From the NCBI RefSeq assembly GCF_050873505.1, contig NZ_JBNMIY010000002.1, positions 138,930 through 202,929 of the forward strand: a DNA stretch of 64,000 nucleotides, read 5' to 3'. The notes below the pieces were generated by a model. It saw nothing but the letters and a program-made list of their open reading frames with translations. It was not told the origin of the DNA and ran no database searches. Positions 42,981-51,258 of this stretch are shown piece after piece. Each line of letters opens with the position of its first letter. The first letter of the stretch is position 1. Made by a program: the position numbers and the translations under genes. This DNA is from Candidatus Avelusimicrobium sp. (lineage in GTDB: Bacteria; Elusimicrobiota; Elusimicrobia; Elusimicrobiales; Elusimicrobiaceae).

Positions 42981-45467
42981 TTAGCCTTTGCACGCTTCCG
43001 TCAACGCCAAATTGTCTTTTAATTGCTTGTAATAGCGCTTAACGGCGGCTTCTTTCTTGGAAAGCGGACGTCCGCCTGCTTCCTTTTGCGCAATACGGGC
43101 GAGCACGGCTTTATTTTCCTTTTCGTATGTTTGCACGTCCGCAGGCGTTACCTGCACTACCAAGCGGCATTTTTCGGCCTTGGCTTGTGCTTGCGCTTTG
43201 GCTGCTTTTTCTGCTTCCAAGGATTTTTTAAATTCGTCAGCAGAAGCCTCTTCCTGCGCGCGGTAGCGGCGGATATCGGCAAACGTCAAATCCAGTTTGC
43301 GCATATCGGCTTTGGCCTGCACCACATCGTTGGGCATACTGAAAAAGTAATAGTCCGAGTAGCGGGTTAAACTGTCCTCATCCGTTTTGTGGAAACGCTT
43401 AAAGAAGCGGTACGCACACAACGAGTGCTTATGCACCGTACGGCCTACGGAATCGGTGTAAAAAGAGCCGTCCGCCATTTCCTGCTTGCACACCACGCAT
43501 TTTGCCTTAGGTGCCGTAGTAGCAACCGTTTGAACAGGTTTTGCTGGCACGTTCGCCGCAGTGAGAACCTGTTTGACGGGTGCCGTTTTTTGTCCATCCG
43601 AAACAGGCTTTTGGGAAACCGCCGCTGGCGTAGTCTTTTTAGCCGTTGCCCCGGCAGGCTTAACAGGCGTAGCCGCAGGAGTAGTTTTGCGCGGAGTAGC
43701 CGTACTGCCCTTTGTGGCAACCGGGCTTGCAAGCGCTACGGGTGCCGTCTTTCTGGCGGGTGTAAATTCCGTGCCTAACTGCGCCAACAAGGGATTATGA
43801 TTTCCCTGCGGTTGCGTCAGTTGGGCCCATGTCGGTACTGCGCGTTTGGTGGCATTATGTTGGTAAGTCTTGCCCAATTTGGACCAGTTTGCCTGTGCTT
43901 GCTCTTCACAAGCCATATGGATATGATACGGGCGGATACGTCCATTTACCTTTACATCTTGGCACAAATACCCGTTTTCCTTTCCCACGGGTTTTCCACA
44001 TACCAAGCACGGATAAGTAACAGACGAAAAATCACTATCCATAGGTTTGGCCGTCAAAATGCCTTTGGCATCCAATATTTCAGAACCGGGGGCATATTGC
44101 CCTTTGTACTGGTTTAAATCTTGCACAAGTTTGGCTATCTGCTGGGAAGAGGCATTTCCTTTACTGTTGGCTACTTGAACAGGCTCTATTTGCTGTTTTA
44201 TAATCTCGCTGATTTTATCCGCCTTTTGCGTTAAATATTGGCACTCGGCAGACAGGGCCAGCCCTTGGTTATCCAAACTCACGCCCACTCCGCGCTTGGA
44301 TTGCAAGGATTCACAACGAGCATCACGCGCTTGTTCTACTTTGCCCAAATAGGCGTTCCAATCTTGGGCAATTTGCACGAGTTGCCCGGCCGCCCCGGCA
44401 TTTTGTTTCCAACTTTTCAAATAGGCCTGAACTTTGGCCAAGTCGGCGGAATCTTTGGCGGGAATTCCTTGCAAATAGGTATAAGGTTTACCACAAAGGC
44501 TCTTCCAGCCGTTTTGCACGCGAGGAGAGTTTTTCCCCTCCATACCCCAAATAAAGTCCACCGCGTTGATAAAACCTTCCAAGTCGTCGCAAGTAAGGAT
44601 GTCTTTATCATTACCCATAATAGAGGACACGCCCTTAAAAACCATTTCGTGCGGTTCCACCCGGAGCAAGGAGTGAACCTTATCCATATTTTGTTTATCC
44701 GCGTACAGGTCCGCTAATCCAAAGAAATGCCCTAATTCGTGCAGAGTAACCCCTTTCATAGAATAGTCCATAACATAACCACCCGCAAAAATCCGGTTAT
44801 TTTTCTCGGCTTCCCGAGACGCCACTTCGTTCGCGGAATAATCGTCGTTGCCCGGCAAAGAAAGTTTCCAAATCGTTTTGTCTTTATCGTACACGCCTTT
44901 TATTCCGCCCGCCGTTCCGCGATGTTTGAAATATTGCTGTTTGATGGAACCATATTGAAAATTTCCCAACGATTTAATACGCAAATCATACTTGCCTTTC
45001 ATCGCTTTGTCGCAATCCTCGCCATTGGGATTAATTACTTGCAATTCAATACGGCGCGGCAGAGCGGCCAAAATATCGGCAAACTCCGCCTTGCGCGCAA
45101 ATTCTGACGCAGGTGCGACAGGCTGCTGTTTTTTGGCTTTCTTTTTACCCTTGGTAGGAGCCGTTTGGACCGGTTGTGCTTCACCCAGTTGTGTGCGGAT
45201 AAAGGCTAACCAAGTATCAAGCGCTTCTTGTGTGGAGCGAACAAAATAATCCCGCGTGATTTTTTGGCGGACCGGGTCGGTACTGGTGCCCTCGGTACTG
45301 ACGCATACGCGAACCTTGGGGTTTTGCGTAGTCAGCACATAATACAAAAAACTGTTTTTGTAGATATAGGGGTTCCCGTTATGGGAAACCAAAGACTGTA
45401 ATATCCCCCACGCGCTTGCAGAGGAAGCAAATACCAAACAAGCAAAAAATAAAAGAAGTTTTTTCAT
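42981..45467 (-). CDS. Secreted zinc-metalloprotease-like protein (HExxHxxGxxD plus SIM Met-turn) with a P/T/A-rich linker, two CxxC...HxHxxC modules and a coiled-coil tail
   Basis: Signal peptide MKKLLLFFACLVFASSASA. HELGHFFGLAD at residues 243-253, SSIMG at 281-285, CLVCG...HIHMAC at 487-520, and CVVCK...HKHSLC at 657-684. Confidence 0.7.
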   Translation of the reverse strand: MKKLLLFFACLVFASSASAWGILQSLVSHNGNPYIYKNSFLYYVLTTQNPKVRVCVSTEGTSTDPVRQKITRDYFVRSTQEALDTWLAFIRTQLGEAQPVQTAPTKGKKKAKKQQPVAPASEFARKAEFADILAALPRRIELQVINPNGEDCDKAMKGKYDLRIKSLGNFQYGSIKQQYFKHRGTAGGIKGVYDKDKTIWKLSLPGNDDYSANEVASREAEKNNRIFAGGYVMDYSMKGVTLHELGHFFGLADLYADKQNMDKVHSLLRVEPHEMVFKGVSSIMGNDKDILTCDDLEGFINAVDFIWGMEGKNSPRVQNGWKSLCGKPYTYLQGIPAKDSADLAKVQAYLKSWKQNAGAAGQLVQIAQDWNAYLGKVEQARDARCESLQSKRGVGVSLDNQGLALSAECQYLTQKADKISEIIKQQIEPVQVANSKGNASSQQIAKLVQDLNQYKGQYAPGSEILDAKGILTAKPMDSDFSSVTYPCLVCGKPVGKENGYLCQDVKVNGRIRPYHIHMACEEQAQANWSKLGKTYQHNATKRAVPTWAQLTQPQGNHNPLLAQLGTEFTPARKTAPVALASPVATKGSTATPRKTTPAATPVKPAGATAKKTTPAAVSQKPVSDGQKTAPVKQVLTAANVPAKPVQTVATTAPKAKCVVCKQEMADGSFYTDSVGRTVHKHSLCAYRFFKRFHKTDEDSLTRYSDYYFFSMPNDVVQAKADMRKLDLTFADIRRYRAQEEASADEFKKSLEAEKAAKAQAQAKAEKCRLVVQVTPADVQTYEKENKAVLARIAQKEAGGRPLSKKEAAVKRYYKQLKDNLALTEACKG

Positions 45468-45594
45468 ATATTATTATCCAAATATAAGAATTTCCGCTCT
45501 AAAACCTGCTTTAAAAAGCACTTTTATTGCGGATAACTATATTTATAGTATAGCCCTTATGGGTGGAGTTTTCAAGGACGTTTTAGTTTCCACC

Positions 45595-45621
45595 AAAAAA
45601 CCCCGGGTTCCCGGGGCTTTT
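45595..45621 (-). terminator. Intrinsic terminator after the 650-aa paralog
   Basis: The stem CCCCGG/CCGGGG is followed by T6 on the minus strand. Confidence 0.6.
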
Positions 45622-45623
45622 TA

Positions 45624-47576
45624 TTAAAGCGCTTTTAGTTGGGCAGACAAGTTTTGGCACCAAGGAGTGCTTTGCACCTGTTTTAAACGCTGGCTGTATG
45701 CGTTCCACAACGAGGCCTGCCGCTGGTTCAATTTCTGCCCTTTATTCAGGCGTTTGCGGATCGGAGTAAGTTCCTTTTCGTACTTTTGCTCAAAACTGGA
45801 CAAGGTACATTGTGCCTTATATTTATCTTCCAATTCCTTGCGTTTAGCCGCATTATCGGCTTTTTTACCGGTCTTGGGGGCGGCTTTCGTTTCCGCCTTG
45901 GCTGGGGCTGGCGTATTTACGGCAGCGGAAGCCACTACCGTTTTGGGAGCATCCCCATTTTTGTATGCATCAAACAAGGCTTGATATTCCTGCACCTCGC
46001 GCGCTTGCGTGGGCAAAGCAGTACCCGTACGGACGGCTAATAAAGAATCCCGCAAACCGGGGTGCGCGGCAATATAGCGGTCCAAGGCCGCCTTGGGGCT
46101 GTTATCCACCTTTACAGGCTGGCTAACAGGTGCCGCAACAGGTGCGGAACTACTCGGTTTAGGAGTCGCCACCGGGGCAGGTTTCGCCGCCGTGGGCACT
46201 GCCGCCGGGGCAGAAGTTTGCGGTTTAGACGTAGCCGCCACCACTTGCGCCCCTTTCGGGCCCACGTAGTTACCGCTAATCACGGGCGTGGATTTGGACG
46301 GCGTTTGCGTTCTGCCCTTATTCTCCGAGCCTGCAACGGCCACCGCCGGAGTATCCTTTTTGGCAAGTTCCGGGAATTTCCCGGTCGCTATATTGTTTTC
46401 CAGTTGTGCAATATCCTGCGCTACTTTATCGCGCTCCGCTTCCAACTTTTTCAATTTGGCCTGTTCAGCCTTTACTTGGCGGGGCGTCCATTTATAAAAT
46501 TTGGCATTTTGAATTTCATACTTTTTAGAAGTAATCAGCCCATCCAATTCCGTTTTTCTATCCTTCAAGGCGGACAAGTTCTTGGTAGCACCTGCAAGGC
46601 GGGCTGCCAAATCGCGCTGGACTTCAAGCGCTTTGGAAGCAAACGCAGGCTTATCCGCGGCTTTATAGCCGTTAGCGGCCCATTTTACAAAAGAGTCGTG
46701 CTCCTGCTTGGCCTGCGCGGGGTCCGCGTTGCGCTGGGGAACGCCGTCCATATAAATATAATTGCGCCCGCAGAGGTCCGCCCAACCGTGCTGTAAGCGG
46801 TTAGAGGTTTTGCCGTCCTGACGCATAATAAAGTCCATTGCGTTGATAAACCCTTCCGCATCGTCGCAAGTCAAATTTCTTCTTTTGTCCATAGAAGAGC
46901 CCTGCATAATGGACTCTATTTTTGTTAATTCTTCAAAAGCCCGCAAAGAATAGGTCTTGTCGGCTGAAAAATTGGAATATTGGTCAGCCAATCCAAACAA
47001 ATGGGAAACCTCGTGCATAGCAATTTCTACACGCGCTTCTTTAAGTGGGTGGTCCGTGGATAGCATTATGGACCACGAAAAAGTTTTAGGGTCTTGCACG
47101 GGCAACGCGTGGCCTTGTTTCCCGTAGGTAACGCTAAAACCCGTATCAATGGGGATACGCGTTTTCTGCCCTTTTATTTCAAGGTCAAACTGCCCGGATA
47201 TGGCCTTGCAGTTTTTACCCGCAGGGTAAGTCATACGGTGCAATTTAAAGTTTTTCGGCCAGACCGCCAAGAAGTCCGCAAATTCCGCAGAACGTCCGCT
47301 TTGTTCAATTTCTTGCCGGACAAAGGCAAATATAGACGAAAAAGCCGTCTGTATATTTTCAAACATTTCGTCTTCGGTTGCCTTGTCATAAGGATTTATG
47401 CATACGCGCAATTCCGGGCGGCCCTCGTAAATATCGTGCAATAAAAATTTGCGGTAGCCGTTATTTTGTTTATATTGCTCGGGTTGTATTTTAACAAATT
47501 CCGGAATCAGCCCCCACGCTCCGGCGGTGCTGGCGGAAAACAAACAGGCACTAAGTAAAAATAAAAATTTCTTCAT
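45624..47576 (-). CDS. Secreted zinc-metalloprotease-like protein, paralog of 42981-45467
   Basis: The ATG at 47576 follows GGAGAG. Signal peptide MKKFLFLLSACLFSASTAGA. It has HEVSHLFGLAD and ESIMQG, and shares the blocks LTCDD.EGFINA.DFI and GW..LCG with its paralog. Confidence 0.7.
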   Translation of the reverse strand: MKKFLFLLSACLFSASTAGAWGLIPEFVKIQPEQYKQNNGYRKFLLHDIYEGRPELRVCINPYDKATEDEMFENIQTAFSSIFAFVRQEIEQSGRSAEFADFLAVWPKNFKLHRMTYPAGKNCKAISGQFDLEIKGQKTRIPIDTGFSVTYGKQGHALPVQDPKTFSWSIMLSTDHPLKEARVEIAMHEVSHLFGLADQYSNFSADKTYSLRAFEELTKIESIMQGSSMDKRRNLTCDDAEGFINAMDFIMRQDGKTSNRLQHGWADLCGRNYIYMDGVPQRNADPAQAKQEHDSFVKWAANGYKAADKPAFASKALEVQRDLAARLAGATKNLSALKDRKTELDGLITSKKYEIQNAKFYKWTPRQVKAEQAKLKKLEAERDKVAQDIAQLENNIATGKFPELAKKDTPAVAVAGSENKGRTQTPSKSTPVISGNYVGPKGAQVVAATSKPQTSAPAAVPTAAKPAPVATPKPSSSAPVAAPVSQPVKVDNSPKAALDRYIAAHPGLRDSLLAVRTGTALPTQAREVQEYQALFDAYKNGDAPKTVVASAAVNTPAPAKAETKAAPKTGKKADNAAKRKELEDKYKAQCTLSSFEQKYEKELTPIRKRLNKGQKLNQRQASLWNAYSQRLKQVQSTPWCQNLSAQLKAL

Positions 47577-47743
47577 TTTGCTCTCCAATAAAAAGAGATT
47601 TGAGCCAAACACGGGGACCGTTTTCGCTCAAATTTGCTATAAATATAGTATAGTAGTAAAAAATAATATTTTCAAGTGTCGCTGCTAACGGCTACGGCCC
47701 CGACGGGAAAAAATAAAAATATTTTTATTTTTGTTTCCGTATA

Positions 47744-47752
47744 TGCTATAAT
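47744..47752 (+). promoter_or_regulatory. Candidate extended -10 promoter TGcTATAAT for tRNA-Ala
   Basis: The element lies 35 nt upstream of the mature 5' end of the tRNA. Confidence 0.4.
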
Positions 47753-47786
47753 AAATATGTTGAAAGTAAAGCAGTTGCCGATTTTC

Positions 47787-47862
47787 GGGCGTGTAGCTCA
47801 GCTGGGAGAGCGCCTCGTTCGCAACGAGGAGGTCGTCGGTTCGATCCCGATCACGTCCACCA
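47787..47862 (+). tRNA. tRNA-Ala (anticodon CGC), CCA encoded
   Basis: The cloverleaf folds by hand: acceptor GGGCGTG/CACGTCC with the G3:U70 Ala identity pair, anticodon stem CCTCG/CGAGG with loop TTCGCAA, and T arm GTCGG-TTCGATC-CCGAT. Total length 76 nt. Confidence 0.92.
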
Positions 47863-47870
47863 TTTAAAAA

Positions 47871-47892
47871 CCTCACGAAAGTGAGGTTTTTT
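47871..47892 (+). terminator. Terminator after tRNA-Ala
   Basis: The hairpin CCTCAC-GAAA-GTGAGG is followed by T6. Confidence 0.7.
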
Positions 47893-48023
47893 ATTGGGGG
47901 AAAGAGCCCTACTCTTTATACAAAGAGGCGCGGTTCGCTTCCGAGGTGAGCCGAGAAGGTCCTGCCGAGTTTCATCCCCCCCCCACGTCCACCATTTAAA
48001 ACCACGCGCAAGCGTGGTTTTTT
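47893..48023 (+). repeat. 130-nt unit 1: degenerate copy of the tRNA-Ala 3' two-thirds ending in CACGTCCACCA, with its own terminator
   Basis: GAGGCGCGGTTCGCTTCCGAGG resembles the tRNA D-stem and anticodon arm. CACGTCCACCATTTAAAA at 47984-48001 is identical to the tRNA 3' end plus its trailer. The terminator is CCACGC-GCAA-GCGTGG followed by T6 (48002-48023). Confidence 0.7.
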
Positions 48024-48150
48024 ATTTGGGGATGTGCCCCCCACACTATACAAAGAGGCGCGGTTCGCTTCCGAAGTGAGCCGAGAAGGTCCTGCCGAGT
48101 TTTATCCCCGCACGTCCACCATTTAAAAACCTCACGAAAGTGAGGTTTTT
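48024..48150 (+). repeat. 130-nt unit 2: second copy of the tRNA-derived unit, with its own terminator
   Basis: The core is near-identical to unit 1, offset by 130 nt. CACGTCCACCA lies at 48111-48121. The terminator CCTCAC-GAAA-GTGAGG (48130-48150) is identical to the terminator after the tRNA. Confidence 0.7.
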
Positions 48151-48377
48151 AAATATACAATAATTTATATTATTCATACTTTTTGTACCGACAAAAACTT
48201 TTCCTTTCTTTTTCTCGTGGGAGAAAAAGAACCAAAAAGACCAGCGGGTCGGTGCCCATAAAAGGCAGTAACGGCGGGTATTTTTACAACTCGCCTTAAC
48301 AGGCTCAAACAAGTAAAAATACTTCTCCGCCTTATACGCCTTTTATAATCGGGCCAAGACCCGCGAAATCATAGGAG

Positions 48378-48500
48378 ATCATCCTGAACGGGCGGCCCGC
48401 CAGGGTTTCAGGATCTACCATTTGAGTTGTGGGCTTTTTGCCGTCAGCCCCGAGTGTTTGGTGGCCCGCTAGTGTGCGGCCCGCAGGGGTACAGGATCTG
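48378..48500. repeat. Hairpin-repeat block of the GTCATCC...GGATCTG family
   Basis: ATCATCCTGAA-N18-TTCAGGATCTACC at 48378-48420 is followed by GTCAGCCCCGAG...ACAGGATCTG. The block is homologous to 51256-51390. Confidence 0.65.
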
Positions 48501-48605
48501 TTGTTACTAAAAAAGAGGCAAACACCTATTTCTTTTCCCGTCGCTTTTCCCCGCTAAAAAAGATAAAATATGTAAGTACCCTATTTCTTTATTACAGAGG
48601 AATAT

Positions 48606-49904
48606 ATGTCTAGTAAAATTCGTGTTAAAGATGTCGGCCAATATCTCGGCCAAGAAATCACTTTAAAAGGCTGGCTGTATAACAAGCGTTCCAGCGGCAA
48701 ACTGCACTTTTTGCAACTGCGCGACGGCAGCGGCATTATCCAATGCGTAATGTTCAAGGGCGAAGTGTCCCCCGAACTTTTTGAACTGGGCGACAAAGTT
48801 ACCCAGGAATCTTCCATTATCGTTACCGGCACCGTGCGCGAGGACAAACGCTCTCCGCTGGGCTACGAACTGGGCGTAAAGAATTTGGAAGTTGTGCAAA
48901 TGGCAAAGGATTACCCCATTTCCCCCAAAGAGCACGGCCCGGAATTTTTGATGCACTACCGCCACTTGTGGCTGCGTTCCGCGCGCCAAACGGCTATTTT
49001 ACGCATCCGAGACGAAATCATTTTTTCTATCCGCGAATATTTCCACAAAAATGGTTTTATCTTGTCCGACTCCCCGATTTTGACCCCCGCCGCCTGCGAG
49101 GGCACCAGTACGCTTTTTGAAACCGACTACTTTGGCGAAAAGGCGTTCTTATCCCAGAGCGGGCAGTTGTACGGCGAAGCCTCGGCGATGGCCTTGGGCC
49201 GCACCTACTGCTTCGGCCCGACCTTCCGCGCCGAAAAAAGCAAAACCCGCCGCCATTTGACCGAATTTTGGATGGTGGAACCCGAAGTGGCCTACAACGA
49301 TTTGGACGACAATATGGACTTGGCCGAAGACTTTATCAAATACATTGTGGCCCAAGTGTTAAAGAACCGCGCCGACGATTTGAAAACGCTCGGCCGCGAT
49401 ACGTCCAAACTGCAAGCCACCGTGGAAAAGAAATTCCCGCGTATTGACTACACAGACGCGATTGAAGTTCTGCACAAAAAGGGCAACAACACGCCTTGGG
49501 GCGGAGACATCGGCGGCGATGAGGAAACCTTGCTCGGCGAGGATTACGACACCCCGATTATGATTCACCACTATCCCACCGAAATTAAGGCCTTCTATAT
49601 GAAGCGCGACCCCAAGAACCCCAAAACGGTTTTGGCGGTGGACGTCATCGGCCCCGAAGGCGCGGGCGAAATCATCGGCGGCAGCGAAAGAGAAGCCGAT
49701 TATGATGCCTTGTTGCAACGCATTAAAGAACAAGGTTTGGACCCCAAAGGCTACGAGTGGTATTTGGACCTGCGCAAATATGGCAGCGTGCCGCACTCCG
49801 GCTTTGGTATGGGTATTGAACGTATGGTCCGCTGGGTATGCGGATTACAGCACGTGCGCGAAACGATTCCGTTCCCGCGTATGATGGATAAAATTCATCC
49901 TTAA
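48606..49904 (+). CDS. asnS: Asparagine--tRNA ligase
   Basis: 432 aa. Contains [22 protein letters not shown] and [23 protein letters not shown]. Confidence 0.93.
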   Translation: MSSKIRVKDVGQYLGQEITLKGWLYNKRSSGKLHFLQLRDGSGIIQCVMFKGEVSPELFELGDKVTQESSIIVTGTVREDKRSPLGYELGVKNLEVVQMAKDYPISPKEHGPEFLMHYRHLWLRSARQTAILRIRDEIIFSIREYFHKNGFILSDSPILTPAACEGTSTLFETDYFGEKAFLSQSGQLYGEASAMALGRTYCFGPTFRAEKSKTRRHLTEFWMVEPEVAYNDLDDNMDLAEDFIKYIVAQVLKNRADDLKTLGRDTSKLQATVEKKFPRIDYTDAIEVLHKKGNNTPWGGDIGGDEETLLGEDYDTPIMIHHYPTEIKAFYMKRDPKNPKTVLAVDVIGPEGAGEIIGGSEREADYDALLQRIKEQGLDPKGYEWYLDLRKYGSVPHSGFGMGIERMVRWVCGLQHVRETIPFPRMMDKIHP

Positions 49905-49922
49905 CCGTTACTAGATATAAGC

Positions 49923-49959
49923 GCACCCCGCGGAATTTATTTTCTGCGGGGTGCTTTTT
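49923..49959 (+). terminator. Intrinsic terminator after asnS
   Basis: The stem GCACCCCGC/GCGGGGTGC is followed by T5. Confidence 0.7.
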
Positions 49960-49970
49960 ATCTTACTGAA

Positions 49971-50543
49971 TTAAGGTAAAATATAGCGAGTACAACCACC
50001 ATTAGTAGTACAAGAAAAATGTGAAACAGTTGGGCCGACAACTCCCCCTAAACTCTTACAAAAACTAGCCCCCTCTTCATCTTGCGTGCGGGCCCAACAC
50101 TCGCGTTGAGCAGGATAAGGCGAATTATCCAACCATTGTATGTACCCTACTTTTAAAATACCATTTACGGAATAAAACCCCACTAAATTTTGATTATTGG
50201 CATCAAAAAAATCAAAACTTAACTGATTTTTTTTACAATACATCCAACCTCTATCCGTTCCAGTATTAAGACTACACCCTGCGGGTAAATCTAAGTCCGT
50301 ATCCTCCCAACTATGAGGATAATCGCCATTAGCCATATAATAAACCTCAGAAGCATTTTTAAAGGCAAAAATAGTAGTTTGCAATTCTGTATAACGGGCT
50401 TTAAGGACAGCCTTAGTGTATTGAGGAACGGCCACCCCAGCCAAAATACCGATAATGAGAACAACAACCAACAGTTCAATTAAAGTAAAACCACGGCCTT
50501 GCAGGCGGCAGATTGTCCGCGCTCTTTTGATTAATGGAGCCAC
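49971..50543 (-). CDS. Type IV pilin-like protein (prepilin-type N-terminal cleavage/methylation domain); start codon uncertain
   Basis: Contains G|FTLIELLVVVLIIGILAGVAVPQY followed by a Cys-containing globular part. There is no in-frame ATG near the leader. Candidate starts are GTG at 50543 and CTG at 50504. The track ORF extends to 50942 only by reading through hairpin repeats. Confidence 0.7.
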   Translation of the reverse strand: MAPLIKRARTICRLQGRGFTLIELLVVVLIIGILAGVAVPQYTKAVLKARYTELQTTIFAFKNASEVYYMANGDYPHSWEDTDLDLPAGCSLNTGTDRGWMYCKKNQLSFDFFDANNQNLVGFYSVNGILKVGYIQWLDNSPYPAQRECWARTQDEEGASFCKSLGGVVGPTVSHFSCTTNGGCTRYILP

Positions 50544-50610
50544 ACTGTTTTTGTAATGTCGCAATTCACCGAAACGGCAACAAGAAACAATACATTTTTT
50601 GTCGTCATCC
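50497..50610 (-). repeat. Pilin leader/upstream segment, copy 1 (attached to the pilin gene)
   Basis: About 55 nt are near-identical to 51137-51250, and a further ~60 nt are weakly similar. Confidence 0.65.
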
Positions 50611-50784
50611 CGTAGTGTTTGGCGGCCCGCAGGGTTCGGAAATGACAAAATAGAAGTATTAAATGTGCGGCCACCCATAGCAATGTTATTGCCGTCATCC
50701 CCGAGGAATTTAGTCGGGGATCCGTTGTTGTCGTTGTCTTTTTTAAATAACGACAGATTCCCGACTACGGCACTCGGGAATGAC
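50604..50784. repeat. Hairpin repeats A-C of the GTCATCC-stem-loop-stem-GGATC family, including a 91-bp unit with inverted termini (50694-50784)
   Basis: GTCATCCCCGAGG-aatttag-TCGGGGATCCG lies at 50694-50724, and CAGATTCCCGACTACGGCACTCGGGAATGAC lies at 50754-50784. Confidence 0.7.
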
Positions 50785-50980
50785 AAAATAAATCCTTTCA
50801 TTTTTTCTCCTTTTAAGGCCTTTATATTTGGGCAAAACGGCCTTTTATACGCATTTTTATACAGCGGATACATCCGGGTATATCCGACGAGCAATATCAA
50901 AATTTTAGCAAAAAAAAAACGATACAAGCCCTTTATGAACAACTGCCAAAAAGCAATAGTAAAAACTACATTGTTTAGTC

Positions 50981-51110
50981 GTCATCCCCGAGGGTTTCTG
51001 TCGGGGATCTGTCGTTTCAAAAGAGACCAACCACGGCAAAAACAGATTCCCGACTACAACACTCGGGAATGACAACAATGAGATCCCGTATAAAGACACT
51101 ACGGGATGAC
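50981..51110. repeat. Hairpin repeats D-F, including a 93-bp unit with inverted termini (50981-51073)
   Basis: GTCATCCCCGAGGGTTTCTGTCGGGGATCTG at 50981-51011, CAGATTCCCGACTACAACACTCGGGAATGAC at 51043-51073, and AGATCCCGTATAAAGACACTACGGGATGAC at 51081-51110. Confidence 0.7.
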
Positions 51111-51136
51111 GCCTCCCCACTCCCTGTGGGCCGCAC

Positions 51137-51250
51137 CTTGCAGGCCGCAGATTTTCCGCACTCTTTTGATTAATGGAGCCACACTGTTTTGGCAATGTAT
51201 CGGACAAATAAAACAGCAATAATAAAAAATACATCTTTTGCCGTTATAAA
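51137..51250 (-). repeat. Pilin leader/upstream segment, copy 2 (orphan, no pilin body attached)
   Basis: CCTTGCAGGCCGCAGATTTTCCGCACTCTTTTGATTAATGGAGCCACACTGTTTT matches copy 1. The position where GFTLIELL should follow is occupied by repeat sequence. Confidence 0.6.
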
Positions 51251-51258
51251 AATTTGAG

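Noticed and set aside
47710-47731. A perfect 22-nt AT palindrome, AAAATAAAAATATTTTTATTTT, upstream of the tRNA promoter.
   Set aside because: Most simply it is an AT-rich UP-element-like or spacer sequence. It consists only of A and T, so palindromy is easily reached by chance, and I saw no second copy.
47893-48312. Track ORFs 47894-48079 (+) and 48046-48312 (-).
   Set aside because: They lie across the tRNA-derived 130-nt units and their terminators. Their apparent conservation is nucleotide-level repetition, not coding.
47787-48600. An intact integrative element or prophage at tRNA-Ala.
   Set aside because: Duplicated tRNA 3' ends suggest past integration. However, no integrase, excisionase or cargo ORFs lie between the tRNA and asnS, only about 450 nt of repeats and AT-rich sequence.
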